64,000 nucleotides of DNA from a bacterium (GCA_030699905.1 JAUYKQ010000010.1:2554-66553); one strand, 5' to 3'; positions 1 to 9,819 are shown, numbered from the stretch's first letter. Translations and numbers: made by a program. The notes: a model not told the origin generated them from the sequence alone.

Positions 1-938
1 AGCTGACTATATCGGTAGAATCCCAGGGAAGCGGATTATCGCGGATAAAAACGCAGATGAACGCTGATTGGGACAATACCGAGGGAAGATTTGTGTACTA
101 AATAGTGGGAAACAGGACAATGAATAAATTCCTTCTGGAACTGCGTGCGTTCGGATACGTTCGGCCGTACACCCTTAAATGGGAAGCATCCAGATGTTCC
201 GACTTGAATTTATTTAGGCATGAGTGCTGGTGCCATGCTGTCTTGATCGTTCATCGACCCACTAAGGAGGAATCACCACCCTGCGCAGTATATTCCTCCT
301 TCCTACTATTTAGTACATGAATCGCCCGTAGAGACTAAACGTCAGCCACCCTAAACAGCATGTGTTCGGGTGAAGCTATAGTCCGATCCTCTGAAGTAAT
401 TCAGAGAGACAGGCAGAAATGTCCTGTCCGCGTTTCAGATTCGGGTATGATTCGGGATCGTCTTGATTCGAGTCAATTCGGATTTGTTTACGGAGTAACA
501 AGATGCGTAAGACAGGTTGGTCTCCTATCTACTGCAGGCGTTGATTCTTGAAGGGAGTCATCCCTAGTACGAGAGGACCGGGATGAACTGACCTCTGGTC
601 TACCTGCTGTTCCCGCCAGGGGCAACGCAGGGTAGCTATGTTGGGAGTGGATAACTTCTGAAAGCATCTAAGAAGGAAGCCAACCCTAAGATTAGGAATC
701 GAGCGTGCGAAGCACGCAGTTCATCAAGTTGAAAGTTCATAAAGTTGTAAAGTTTATAAAGTAAAAACAAAATTTTCTGTTCTTACTTGATAAACTTGAT
801 AAACTTTTTACTTTACAAACTTGTGATTTGCGCGCTTCGCGCGTGAAGGCCCGTGGCAGATGACCACGTTGATAGGCACCAGGTGTAAGCGTCGTAAGGC
901 GTTCAGCCGAGGTGTACTAATTCGCCGATTCTATTAGG
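1..938 (+). rRNA. rrl: 23S rRNA, 3' portion (partial at window start). Positions 1-~480 are the 3' part of a group I intron (R-like element cccgtagagactaaacgtc at ~336-352, S-like gaagctatagtcc at ~375-388). Mature 23S sequence resumes by ~500; helix 98 carries a 140-nt insertion (703-843).
   Basis: Sarcin-ricin loop agtacgagaggaccgg at ~560-575. ctgaaagcatctaag and the 3'-terminal gttgataggc...gtaagcg...gtactaat match the conserved 23S domain VI. Positions 1-480 lack the conserved peptidyl transferase centre motifs and contain group I P7-like elements. Confidence 0.8.
703..843 (+). repeat. Hairpin insertion module in 23S H98. GC-clamp mini-hairpins gcgtGCGAAGCacgc and gcgcGCTTCGCgcg flank an AT-rich imperfect palindrome built from ataaagt and gataaactt units.
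   Basis: Directly visible inverted symmetry. The same clamp pair flanks a module in 16S V3 (10861-11005), and a variant flanks one in 16S V1. Confidence 0.7.
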
Positions 939-1099
939 AAACTTGTAAATCCTCCATATCATATTTAATATGATATGGAGAAAACTTAATCCTGTTACAT
1001 GGAATTTGATTTAAGCTACGTAGAGATACGTATGAAAAAAGCATGGCTTTTATGCAGGACAAAAAGGAAATTCAGAGTTGAAGTGCATTTGAAAATCCT

Positions 1100-1345
1100 G
1101 TGTTGGTGATTTAACGCCGTGGGTACACCCGATCCCATTCCGAACTCGGCAGTTAAGCGCGGTAGTGGCGATGGTACCCGGCGCTTTGCGCGGAAGCGGC
1201 AAGGCAAGTTCGTCAAGTTATAAAGTGTAAAGTTCATCAAGTTAGAGAATTTCTTACTTGAAGAACTTGATGAACTTTTAACTTGATAAACTCACTTTGT
1301 CCGCTTGTGAACAAAGCGCCGGGGAGAGTAGCTAGTCGCCAACAC
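1100..1345 (+). rRNA. rrf: 5S rRNA carrying a ~145-nt hairpin insertion (~1178-1322) in the helix IV/V arm.
   Basis: 5' gtgttggtg pairs with 3' cgccaacac. Conserved ccgaactcggcagttaagcgcggtagtggcgatggtac and gggagagtag are present. The inserted sequence is ~90% identical to the insert in 16S at 12984-13082. Confidence 0.7.
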
Positions 1346-1407
1346 AGGGAGTTTAAATTTCAATCTCTTTTTCAATTTCTTGTTTTTCATAAAGCGGATA
1401 AAACCAT

Positions 1408-1432
1408 GAAGCGGACACCCCCGCTTTTTTGT
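1408..1432 (+). terminator. Rho-independent terminator after 5S (stem agcgg/ccgct plus T6).
   Basis: GC stem followed by tttttt. Confidence 0.5.
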
Positions 1433-1456
1433 TATTGAAAATATTGTTATCATATA

Positions 1457-1493
1457 GGGACTGTTGCCAAAACGGATATTCGGCAACAGTCCC
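1457..1493. mobile_element. Minimal MITE-like hairpin: gggactgttgcc / ggcaacagtccc 12-bp perfect inverted repeat with a 13-nt spacer. Same terminal repeat as the 164-bp element at 34055-34218.
   Basis: Perfect inverted repeat seen in sequence. Shares GGGACTGTTGCC termini with the longer copy. Confidence 0.55.
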
Positions 1494-1501
1494 ATCTAAC
1501 A

Positions 1502-2257
1502 ATGCCTTTATCTTGGTCATCAAAAAGACAGCTTAAGATTCTGTCGGCGTTAACCGCTCTGGTTCTTTTTCTCGTGGCTCTTCCTGCTTTTTTCGTCCTT
1601 TACGAAGAACCGACTTGTTCAGACGGCAACAAAAACCAAGGTGAACAAGGCGTTGACTGTGGCGGGCCATGTCCCGTTCTTTGCGAGGCGGAAGCTCTTT
1701 CGCCCGTAGTTCACTGGCAGAGGGCTTTTAAGGTTCAAGACGGCGTCTACAACGCGGTGGCTTATGTGGAGAACCCAAACCTTAATTCAGGAGCTTACGA
1801 TGTCCCTTACATTTTCAAATTATACGATTCGGAAAATATTTTAGTCCAGGAAAAGCGCGGTAGGGCTGATATACTGCCAAGGAAAATAACAGGCATCTTT
1901 GAAAGCGGTCTTTTGACCGGCAAACGCGTTCCCGCGCGAGCGACTTTTGAATTTTCAGGGAATTTTCTGTGGGTCAAAGAAGAGCCGGAGGATTTAGACG
2001 TGCGCGTAGTGAGCCGCATCCTTAAAAATGAAGAAACCGCGCCGAGAATTGACGCGGTGGTGGAAAATCTGTCTTTGGAAGAGGTTGTGAACGTTGAGAT
2101 TGTGGTTATAGTTTACAATACCGAAGGCAATGCCATGGCTTCATCTAAAACAATAGTGGACAAAATTCCCAAAGAAGGACAAGCTACCATCACTTTCACA
2201 TGGCCTGCTCCTTTCGGCGAGTCATCGGGAAGGATAGAGACGATAATAAACAGGTAA
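1502..2257 (+). CDS. Hypothetical protein: N-terminal TM anchor plus Cys-rich segment (CSDGNKNQGEQGVDCGGPCPVLCE).
   Basis: ORF with a hydrophobic N-terminus. No recognisable family. Confidence 0.45.
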   Translation: MPLSWSSKRQLKILSALTALVLFLVALPAFFVLYEEPTCSDGNKNQGEQGVDCGGPCPVLCEAEALSPVVHWQRAFKVQDGVYNAVAYVENPNLNSGAYDVPYIFKLYDSENILVQEKRGRADILPRKITGIFESGLLTGKRVPARATFEFSGNFLWVKEEPEDLDVRVVSRILKNEETAPRIDAVVENLSLEEVVNVEIVVIVYNTEGNAMASSKTIVDKIPKEGQATITFTWPAPFGESSGRIETIINR

Positions 2258-2262
2258 CTCTA

Positions 2263-3411
2263 ATGTTCGCAAACATCATAAGCTCTTTCGGCGCGCTTTG
2301 GAAGAGACAAAACATTGATTGGGTATTGGCAGGGTCTGTATTACCACTCGTGGTTTCCGGCCTTGTAACAATGAACTCTTTTACCGGAGAGTCGTTTTTC
2401 TTTGAACGTCAGCTTGTGTGGGCTTCTCTCGGTTTTTTTGTCATGTTTGTTTTGAGTTTTGTGGATTGGCGGTTTCTGCGGAGAACAGATGTTTTAGTTA
2501 CCCTGTTTTCAGCGACTTGCGTGGTGCTTTTTCTCTTGTTTTTTTTAGGTAAGACCGTTAAAGGCGCTCAAAGTTGGTTTGACTTCGGTTTTTTCTCTTT
2601 TCAGCCGTCTGATCCGGCAAAAATAATGGTAATACTTATTCTTGCCAAATATTTTTCCAGACGGCATATAGAAATAGCCCATATCAGGCATATTCTTGTT
2701 TCCGGTTTTTACGCTTTTACGCTCTTTCTTCTGGTTTTTCTTCAGCCGGACTTTGGTTCCGCGATCATCATTTTCATGATTTGGTTTGGAATGGTTTTGG
2801 TTTCCGGCTTGTCAAAAAAACATGTTTTTGCCGTTTTTGCCGTTGCTGTTGTGACTTTTTCCGCCTTGTGGTTTTACGTTTTTGAGCCGTATCAAAAATT
2901 GAGGATAATGAATTTTATCCATCCGCTTGCGGATGTTCGCGGTTCCGGATATAACGCGCATCAGTCAACAATAGCAGTAGGTTCCGGAGAGGTTTTAGGC
3001 AAGGGCTTGGGATATGGAACACAGTCGCGACTTAAATTTCTGCCTGAATATGAGACCGATTTTATATTCGCGGCCTTCGCGGAGGAGTGGGGTTTTGTCG
3101 GTGTTACAATACTTTTCGCTTTTTTTGCGATGGTGATTTACCGCATACTTATGAACGCGGTATATGGAGCCACTAATTTTGAAACTCTTTATGCTTTAGG
3201 TTTGGCCATTCTTTTTATGAGTCATTTTGTAATACACATCGGCATGAATATCGGTGTCTTGCCGGTTACCGGTACGACGGTGCCTTTTTTAAGCTACGGA
3301 GGCAGTCATCTGCTCACGGAGTTTTTGGGGCTTGGGATACTCATGGGAATGCGTCGTTACAACAGGGCGACGCACAGAGAGATGGTGAAAAATGAAATAG
3401 TTGGTATATGA
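2263..3411 (+). CDS. SEDS-family peptidoglycan glycosyltransferase (FtsW/RodA).
   Basis: 10-TM protein with the FtsW/RodA signature GSGYNAHQSTIAVGSGEVLGKGLGYGTQSRLKFLPEYETDFIFAAFAEEWGFVG. Start chosen at the internal MFANIIS so it does not overlap the upstream ORF. Confidence 0.85.
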   Translation: MFANIISSFGALWKRQNIDWVLAGSVLPLVVSGLVTMNSFTGESFFFERQLVWASLGFFVMFVLSFVDWRFLRRTDVLVTLFSATCVVLFLLFFLGKTVKGAQSWFDFGFFSFQPSDPAKIMVILILAKYFSRRHIEIAHIRHILVSGFYAFTLFLLVFLQPDFGSAIIIFMIWFGMVLVSGLSKKHVFAVFAVAVVTFSALWFYVFEPYQKLRIMNFIHPLADVRGSGYNAHQSTIAVGSGEVLGKGLGYGTQSRLKFLPEYETDFIFAAFAEEWGFVGVTILFAFFAMVIYRILMNAVYGATNFETLYALGLAILFMSHFVIHIGMNIGVLPVTGTTVPFLSYGGSHLLTEFLGLGILMGMRRYNRATHREMVKNEIVGI

Positions 3412-3426
3412 TATCGTCTAAGTCGC

Positions 3427-4713
3427 TTACGCGTCGTACACGTTGACTGTTTTTATTAGCATTTCTTCAAATGAAAAGTCGGACATTATTTTTTCTTTGA
3501 GTTTGGCGCCAAACTGTTTTCTGTGGTTTTTACGAAGTATCAGGAATTTAATGGCGCTCCTTAACTCTTCGGCCGATTCCGGCCTTACTAAAATTCCAGA
3601 TTCCATGTCAGTGATTATTTCCGGTATTCCGCCGACACTTGAAGCCACTACCGGCAGACCGGCGGCTCCCGCTTCCAAAACGGCGTAAGGCAGACCTTCT
3701 TTTAGGGAAGGGAACAAGAACAAATCAAGTCCTTTCAAGAAGACAGACGCCTCTTCCATATGACCCTTGAATTTGACGCTGTCTTGAATTTCGTACTTTA
3801 AAACCTGACTTTCCAGATTCTGTCTTTCTTCTCCTTCGCCTACCACGACCAAGACAAAATGTTTATAAGGCAATCCATACAGTTCTTTGTCTTTTAAAAT
3901 GTCGGCAAAGGCCTTTATCGCAAAAAACAGGCCTTTGTTTTTATGAAGTTCTCCAAGAGTTCCTATCATGAATGTTTCTTTGCCGTGTTTGTCATCCGAC
4001 ATTTCTTCTCTGGATTCGGACATTTTTTTGAATTTTTGAGGTCTGACGCCGTTTCTTATGAGGGTGATTTTGTCTTTGGATGTTAAGAAGCAAGGGGAAA
4101 GGTTCTCGTCATCCTTGGAAACGGCAATAACTCGGTCGGAGAAAAACACTGAAAGCCAAGATCCAAAAAACGATACGGCGCGAAAAAAGATGCCCCGTTT
4201 TTCTTTAAATGGCCAGCCGTGAACAGTGAATACGACTCGCGCGGAACTCGCCGTTTGGCTGTCCGTGTTCAAAAATGGAATATGGGAAACAAAATTTGTT
4301 AAAAAAGATGCTAAAGAGCCGAGGAATGCCGCCTTGGGACTGTTTAAATGTATAATGTCAGGCCTTTCTTTTCTTAGGATTTTTACAAGTTCCCAGAGTG
4401 ATTTAAATTCTCCCAGAAAAAAAATTTCCCGCGTAAAAGTTTTGACAAAAACAGTCCTGACTTTTTTTAGGGAAAGTTTTCTCGCAAGCTCTCCGGGTGC
4501 GCTTCCCATGGCACCCGTCCCGCCAAGCACTACCACGTTTTCGTATTTTTCCTTTGGCAGGGAAGTCGCCAAGTCATAAACGTATCTTTGAGCTCCTCCC
4601 CAGTTGCTTTTGGTTATCACAAAAAGCACTTTCTTTTTCAGCACCGGTTCCATGTCTGTATTATATTTCTTTTTTTGGTTTTCCGCCATAAAACTGGAAA
4701 TTGCGCGCCCCAT
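3427..4713 (-). CDS. Glycosyltransferase family 4 (GT-B, group 1). Start may instead be MAENQ (4689) or MEPV (4653).
   Basis: C-terminal EX7E-type motif EGLPYAVLEAGAAGLPVVASSVGGIPEII. Confidence 0.75.
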   Translation of the reverse strand: MGRAISSFMAENQKKKYNTDMEPVLKKKVLFVITKSNWGGAQRYVYDLATSLPKEKYENVVVLGGTGAMGSAPGELARKLSLKKVRTVFVKTFTREIFFLGEFKSLWELVKILRKERPDIIHLNSPKAAFLGSLASFLTNFVSHIPFLNTDSQTASSARVVFTVHGWPFKEKRGIFFRAVSFFGSWLSVFFSDRVIAVSKDDENLSPCFLTSKDKITLIRNGVRPQKFKKMSESREEMSDDKHGKETFMIGTLGELHKNKGLFFAIKAFADILKDKELYGLPYKHFVLVVVGEGEERQNLESQVLKYEIQDSVKFKGHMEEASVFLKGLDLFLFPSLKEGLPYAVLEAGAAGLPVVASSVGGIPEIITDMESGILVRPESAEELRSAIKFLILRKNHRKQFGAKLKEKIMSDFSFEEMLIKTVNVYDA

Positions 4714-4731
4714 GTTGTATCATGTGGGTAC

Positions 4732-6081
4732 ATGTCAGTGAACAACCGCAAAGAAGCCATAGTATTGCTTTTGGGCGACATAATACTTTTGTATTTCGGT
4801 CTCTGGCTCACTTTGTTCGCGCGCCATGGCCGATTGCCGGATAGCGAGCTTCTTTTGGCTCACATAGTTCCTTTTTCTTTCATTTTTCTTGCGTGGCTTA
4901 CTGTCTTTTTTGTAGCCGGTCTTTACGGAAGCCACACTCTTATTTTCAAAAGACGTCTGCCCGGTCTTCTGTTCAAATCTCAAATAGTAAACAGTATTAC
5001 GACTGTTGTTTTTTTCTACGTTATTCCATACTTCGGCATCACTCCGAAAACCATACTTTTCATTTATCTTGTGATTTCTTTCGGTCTGGTTTTGTTTTGG
5101 CGTCTTTACGGTTTCTCCGCTGTCATAAACCCCGCGAAAGAAAACGCAATAATAATCGGCCGTGGAGAAGAACTGAAGGAAATTTTCTACGAAGTCAATT
5201 ATAATCCCAGATACAGCATGAAGTTTATTTCCTCAATAGACACCGACGCGTTGGAGATGATTGACTTTCAGTCCGAAATAGTTGAAAGGGTTTATTCTGA
5301 AAATGTCACTCTTTTTGCCTTGGATTTGCATAATGAAAAGATAAAACCGTTTGTCCCGCATCTTTACAACCTTATCTTTTCCGGCGTCCACTTTGTGGAT
5401 ATGCATAAAATGTATGAAGATATTTGGGGAAGAGTGCCACTGTCGCTTGTTAAATACAACTGGTTTTTGGAAAATATCTCCAGCACGCCCAAGTCATTAT
5501 TTGACGTGTTTAAAAGAAGTATGGATATATTGGTCTCAATACCTCTTCTTTTTGTGCCGGCGGTTTGTTTCCCTTTTGTTTTTGTGGCTATGAAATTGGA
5601 AGACGGCGGTGGCGTCTGGAGCGTGCAGGAGAGAGTAGGCAAGAATAACCTGAAAATAAAGATACTGAAGTTTCGCACAATGACTGTTTCAAACGATTTC
5701 GGCCAGTGGGGCAAAGTTCAAAATAAAGTAACTCGGGTCGGAAATTTTCTAAGAAGGACAAGGTTGGACGAGTTTCCGCAGTTGTGGAACGTGCTTAAGG
5801 GAGACATTTCGCTCATAGGTCCTCGGCCGGAATTTGCCGAAGCGGTAAAACATTATACGGACGAGATACCCTATTACAACGTTAGGCATCTTATAAAACC
5901 GGGTCTTTCCGGATGGGCACAGCTTTATCACGAAAATCATCCTCACCACAAAGCGGACGTTTCCGAAACAAAAGTCAAACTTTCTTACGATTTGTATTAC
6001 ATCAAGAATCGTTCGTTTTGGTTGGATTTTAGGATAGCCCTGCAGACGGTGCGGACATTGTTGTCGCGGTCGGGAATGTAA
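4732..6081 (+). CDS. Polyprenyl-phosphate sugar-phosphate transferase (WbaP/bacterial sugar transferase family): N-terminal TM segments plus a cytoplasmic catalytic domain.
   Basis: C-terminal bacterial sugar transferase motifs KFRTM...DEFPQLWNVLKGDISLIGPRPE. Start at MSVNNRKE. Confidence 0.8.
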   Translation: MSVNNRKEAIVLLLGDIILLYFGLWLTLFARHGRLPDSELLLAHIVPFSFIFLAWLTVFFVAGLYGSHTLIFKRRLPGLLFKSQIVNSITTVVFFYVIPYFGITPKTILFIYLVISFGLVLFWRLYGFSAVINPAKENAIIIGRGEELKEIFYEVNYNPRYSMKFISSIDTDALEMIDFQSEIVERVYSENVTLFALDLHNEKIKPFVPHLYNLIFSGVHFVDMHKMYEDIWGRVPLSLVKYNWFLENISSTPKSLFDVFKRSMDILVSIPLLFVPAVCFPFVFVAMKLEDGGGVWSVQERVGKNNLKIKILKFRTMTVSNDFGQWGKVQNKVTRVGNFLRRTRLDEFPQLWNVLKGDISLIGPRPEFAEAVKHYTDEIPYYNVRHLIKPGLSGWAQLYHENHPHHKADVSETKVKLSYDLYYIKNRSFWLDFRIALQTVRTLLSRSGM

Positions 6082-6192
6082 AGCAGAGCGTGGAACGTGT
6101 AGCATGTAGCATGGAACATAAAAAGAAAATTCTTTTTCTGAATTTAAGGGCGAGTTTGGCGATTTGTTTGAATATGTTCCAGCCCGCCATAA

Positions 6193-6297
6193 CCCCACGA
6201 CACTTTGGCCGACAATTCCTTGGCAAAGAAACTTATCGGTTGGGAGCCGGAGGTGACGCTGGAGGAAGGGATTGATAAACTTAAAGAATTCTGTCAT
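6193..6297 (+). pseudogene. Orphan C-terminal fragment (~34 codons) of an NAD-dependent sugar epimerase/dehydratase gene: ...SLAKKLIGWEPEVTLEEGIDKLKEFCHDKF*.
   Basis: Translated frame gives the typical epimerase C-terminus. No upstream coding continuation (stop at 6190). A second copy of 55 nt of it sits at 6779-6840. Confidence 0.45.
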
Positions 6298-6332
6298 GAT
6301 AAGTTCGTAAGTTTTATAGTAAATACAAAAAT

Positions 6333-6731
6333 ATGAAAAATTCTAAAAACAGTAGATGGGTTAGCGTGATAGTCGGGACACTTTTTCTGTTCGTCGGAAT
6401 ACTATGGTCTATTTCGTCATTTCAGGGTTTCGAACGACATTTTATCAATACGATTCTTATACCGACAGTTTTCATATTTGTCGCGTTTGTATTATTCAAC
6501 TTGCCTTCGGAAAAAGATGGGGATAATTTAGAAACAAAAACAAACCGCTTAGCATCTGTAAGGGGTTCCGCCATTGTCTTTTTAGTGAGTATTGTGGTTG
6601 TTTTTGTCGTTCTTTACTTTGATGTTTCATCAGGAGGTTTGGGCATGTCTTCAATATTTACAATTCCATTGGCAGTAATTTGTTTTATCGTTCTGGTAAT
6701 TCAGCTAATTCTTTATTTCGGTAAAATGTAG
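6333..6731 (+). CDS. Small integral membrane protein (4 predicted TM), hypothetical.
   Basis: ORF with hydrophobic segments. Bracketed by the duplicated epimerase remnant. Confidence 0.4.
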   Translation: MKNSKNSRWVSVIVGTLFLFVGILWSISSFQGFERHFINTILIPTVFIFVAFVLFNLPSEKDGDNLETKTNRLASVRGSAIVFLVSIVVVFVVLYFDVSSGGLGMSSIFTIPLAVICFIVLVIQLILYFGKM

Positions 6732-6778
6732 AGTGGGATTAAAATGGAAAAAGCAAAACTTACAAAAGAAGAGAAAGG

Positions 6779-6840
6779 ACTGCTTGGCAAAGAAACTTAT
6801 CGGTTGGGAGCCGGAGGTGACGCTTGAGGAGGGGATCGGG
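6779..6840 (+). repeat. Second copy of the epimerase C-terminal remnant (direct repeat of 6218-6280; 42 nt identical, ~55 nt similar).
   Basis: cttggcaaagaaacttatcggttgggagccggaggtgacgct is identical in both copies. Confidence 0.6.
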
Positions 6841-6868
6841 GAGTTAAGTAGAAGTTTTAAAAGTTAAC

Positions 6869-7282
6869 ATGAAATTTGTGAACATGAGCCGAACAAAAAT
6901 AACAGCTGTTATAGCGGCAATAATGCTTTTTGTGGCGGGAATATTTATATATGGGATTAGAAAACCGATCTGGTTTGATAGCGGTTTACCAAATGAATTT
7001 TATGGAGGGATTGTTATCCTGTTTAGCATTTTCCACCTACATATCGCGCTTAGTAAAGAAAAATACGATTACCTCACGGGACTGAATGTATCAAGCATAA
7101 TTGCATCTATTTATTATTTTTTGATATGGAATTACGAATTAAATAATCCTACTTCCAATCTTGGTTTAGAGTTCGTCGTTGAGTTCCCGATTATGGTTGC
7201 CGTAATTTTGTTTTATGCGCTTGCTCTTATTCTGAATATTGCCGATTTTCTTTCAAAGATTATTCAAAAAGTAAGAAAATAA
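6869..7282 (+). CDS. Small integral membrane protein, hypothetical.
   Basis: ORF with hydrophobic segments. Confidence 0.4.
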   Translation: MKFVNMSRTKITAVIAAIMLFVAGIFIYGIRKPIWFDSGLPNEFYGGIVILFSIFHLHIALSKEKYDYLTGLNVSSIIASIYYFLIWNYELNNPTSNLGLEFVVEFPIMVAVILFYALALILNIADFLSKIIQKVRK

Positions 7283-7332
7283 TTACCTTTTGACAAGGAA
7301 CCCGAATAAAACCTTTGTTTCTAAGGTAAAAA

Positions 7333-7366
7333 ACGCCTAATACTGACCAGTATTAGCCGTTTTTAG
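7333..7366 (+). terminator. Rho-independent terminator (ctaatactg/cagtattag stem plus T5).
   Basis: Hairpin followed by ccgttttt. Confidence 0.55.
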
Positions 7367-7517
7367 AGGTCCGCACTCATTTCATTACTTTGAGTTACGA
7401 AACTCTATAGGCGGTTCGTTGGAATTGCGTGTAAAAAATTGTGTCATAATTTGAACATTCAAAAAACGGCTATGGCAAAACATTGAAAATTCTGTTGATA
7501 TCCGCTATCATACCGGT

Positions 7518-8801
7518 ATGCTTAAGCACAGAATATGGGCCGTCATAATTTTACTTGCCGCTGTCGGTTTGGGTTTTTTTGTTTTCTCGTCCGAGAAAAA
7601 CAAAACCGATTTCGCTTTTGAATACGGTCTGGACCTTACCGGCGGTACCCATCTTGTTTATAAAGCTCAAACTCAAGAAATTCCTTCCGGTGAACGAGAT
7701 GAGGCGATGCGCTCCCTTCGCGATGTTATTGAAAGGCGTGTCAATCTTTTTGGCGTTTCAGAGCCAATTGTCCAGGTTGAAAAGAGCATTCTCCAAGACG
7801 ATGACCGTCTGATAGTGGAGTTGCCGGGAGTCACAGACGTTGAAGAGGCCGTAAAAAGGATAGGCCAAACGCCGGTTTTGGAATTCCGACTCGGTCTTGA
7901 TATTTCGGATTTCACCGAAGAAGAAATATCCGCTTTAACTGGCGAAGATTTCTGGCAGTACACGGGTCTTACCGGCCGTCTTGTAAAGAGAGCTCAAGTT
8001 TCTTTTGAGGGTGGAGCCACGGGAGTGGCCGAGCCCGCTGTGCTTTTGACCTTCAATGATGAAGGTGCGGAGCTTTTCGCGAGCATTACCAGAGACAATA
8101 CCGGCCAGGTTTTAGGCATATTTCTTGATGGGATACTGATATCGGATCCGGTAATACGGGAAGAGATTCCTACCGGTACTGCCGTTATCTCCGGCAATTT
8201 CAACGCCCAAGATGCCCGTGAGCTTGTTCGAGACCTGAATTTCGGCGCCTTGCCTGTTCCTGTTGAACTCATCTCCACAGAGTCCATCGGCCCCACTCTC
8301 GGTAAAGAGGCCTTACAAAAAGGGCTTAAGGCCGGAGCCGCGGGGCTCTTCCTTGTGGTCGTGTTCATGCTTCTCTGGTACCGTTTGCCCGGTTTAGTCG
8401 CTGTTTTGTCTTTATCTGTTTATCTGGTGTTGATGCTCGCGGTATTCAAGCTCGTGCCGGTTGTTCTTACGGCAGCCGGAGTCGCGGGATTCATAATTTC
8501 AATAGGAATGGCGGTGGACGCCAACATTCTGATTTTTGAACGTCTGAAAGAAGAAATACGCGAAGGCAAGACCGGAGCCGAAGCGGTGCATAGCGCTTTT
8601 AAACGCGCGTGGCTCGCTATTCGTGATGGGAATCTGACCAGCATTCTTACCGCCATCGTGCTTTTTTACGCAGGCACTTTTCTTACACAAAGCTTTGCCT
8701 TAACATTTGGCATGGGTGTTTTGCTTAGCATGCTGACGGCGGTAACCATAACGAGGACATTTCTTTTGGCAATAGTTCGCAAATCTTATTCGGGTAATTA
8801 G
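7518..8801 (+). CDS. secD: Protein translocase subunit SecD.
   Basis: N-terminal TM, large periplasmic domain, C-terminal 5-TM SecD/SecF domain (LAVLSLSVYLVLMLAVFKLVPVVLTAAGVAGFIISIGMAVDANILIFERLKEE). Confidence 0.9.
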   Translation: MLKHRIWAVIILLAAVGLGFFVFSSEKNKTDFAFEYGLDLTGGTHLVYKAQTQEIPSGERDEAMRSLRDVIERRVNLFGVSEPIVQVEKSILQDDDRLIVELPGVTDVEEAVKRIGQTPVLEFRLGLDISDFTEEEISALTGEDFWQYTGLTGRLVKRAQVSFEGGATGVAEPAVLLTFNDEGAELFASITRDNTGQVLGIFLDGILISDPVIREEIPTGTAVISGNFNAQDARELVRDLNFGALPVPVELISTESIGPTLGKEALQKGLKAGAAGLFLVVVFMLLWYRLPGLVAVLSLSVYLVLMLAVFKLVPVVLTAAGVAGFIISIGMAVDANILIFERLKEEIREGKTGAEAVHSAFKRAWLAIRDGNLTSILTAIVLFYAGTFLTQSFALTFGMGVLLSMLTAVTITRTFLLAIVRKSYSGN

Positions 8802-8830
8802 AGTTTTTAAATTCGGGACTGATTAGAGAT

Positions 8831-9769
8831 ATGACTATTATAAAATACAAAAAAATATTCTTTATCGTTACGGCTATTTTCATAGTGGCCGCCATCGCGT
8901 CTATTTCCTTCTTTGGTCTTTCCGTGAGCATTGATTTTACCGGTGGATCCATATTTGAAATAAACTACTCGGCAGAAAGGCCGACAAAAGCGGCGCTTGA
9001 GGAAAGGTTAAGTGGGGAAGGGATAAACGGCTTTTCCGTCCGTCCTTTGGGAGATAGAGGTTTTATCATACGCACGCCCGAGGCGGGGGACGACGAGAGA
9101 GCAAAGGTAGCAAGCGCGATATCTTGGGAAAGTTACGAGTCGTCAATAGACCGTTTCAGCTCTATCGGTCCGACCGTCGGCAGTGAACTGAAAACCAAGG
9201 CCCTTATCGCCATCATCGTTGTTCTTTTGATTATAATTTTCTACATTGCCTACACTTTCAGAAAAGTCGGCGGAGAAAAAGACAGCGTTTCGGCAAGGAC
9301 GGAAGTGGAAACGTTGCCTTCTTCTTTGAAATACGGACTTACCGCCATAATAACTTTAGGACACGACATTATCGTGCCAGCGGGAGCTTTTGCCGTTTAC
9401 GGGTATTTTACAGGCGCTCAAGCAGATGTTCTTTTTGTCATGGCGCTTCTTGCCATACTCGGTTATTCCGTCAATGACACCATAGTCATTTTTGACCGCG
9501 TACGAGAGAATCTTCTCAATAACAAAAAAGATAACCACAAAGAAACATTTGACGAAACGGTCGGCAAAAGCTTGTCTCAAACATACGCTCGTTCCATAAA
9601 CACTTCTCTGACCACTCTTTTTGTTCTCATAACTCTGTTTTTTATCGGTAGCGAAACAACCGCCGCCTTTGCCTTTACTTTGCTTGTTGGCGTCATCGCC
9701 GGCTCGTACTCGTCCATCTGTTTCGCCGCGCCGCTTCTTACGTCGTTCGCGAAAAAAACCCATAATTAA
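8831..9769 (+). CDS. secF: Protein translocase subunit SecF.
   Basis: SecF architecture and motifs (DFTGG..., ITLGHDIIVPAGAFA, DTIVIFDRVRENL). Confidence 0.9.
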   Translation: MTIIKYKKIFFIVTAIFIVAAIASISFFGLSVSIDFTGGSIFEINYSAERPTKAALEERLSGEGINGFSVRPLGDRGFIIRTPEAGDDERAKVASAISWESYESSIDRFSSIGPTVGSELKTKALIAIIVVLLIIIFYIAYTFRKVGGEKDSVSARTEVETLPSSLKYGLTAIITLGHDIIVPAGAFAVYGYFTGAQADVLFVMALLAILGYSVNDTIVIFDRVRENLLNNKKDNHKETFDETVGKSLSQTYARSINTSLTTLFVLITLFFIGSETTAAFAFTLLVGVIAGSYSSICFAAPLLTSFAKKTHN

Positions 9770-9819
9770 AGTCGTGGCAGTCAACCGTCTTCCTGTGGCT
9801 TTTTTGTTGATTAACTTCA

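Noticed and set aside
105-1495. ORF-track entries inside the 23S/5S region (105-320, 360-551, 1016-1240, 1292-1495).
   Set aside because: They overlap clearly recognisable rRNA and intron sequence, have no protein-like composition and no homolog-like motifs. They are spurious ORFs in structural RNA.
7483-7511. TTGAAA-17-TATCAT promoter immediately upstream of secD.
   Set aside because: The -10 element ends only ~6 nt before the ATG, implying a leaderless transcript. That is possible, but the evidence is too weak to list as a feature.
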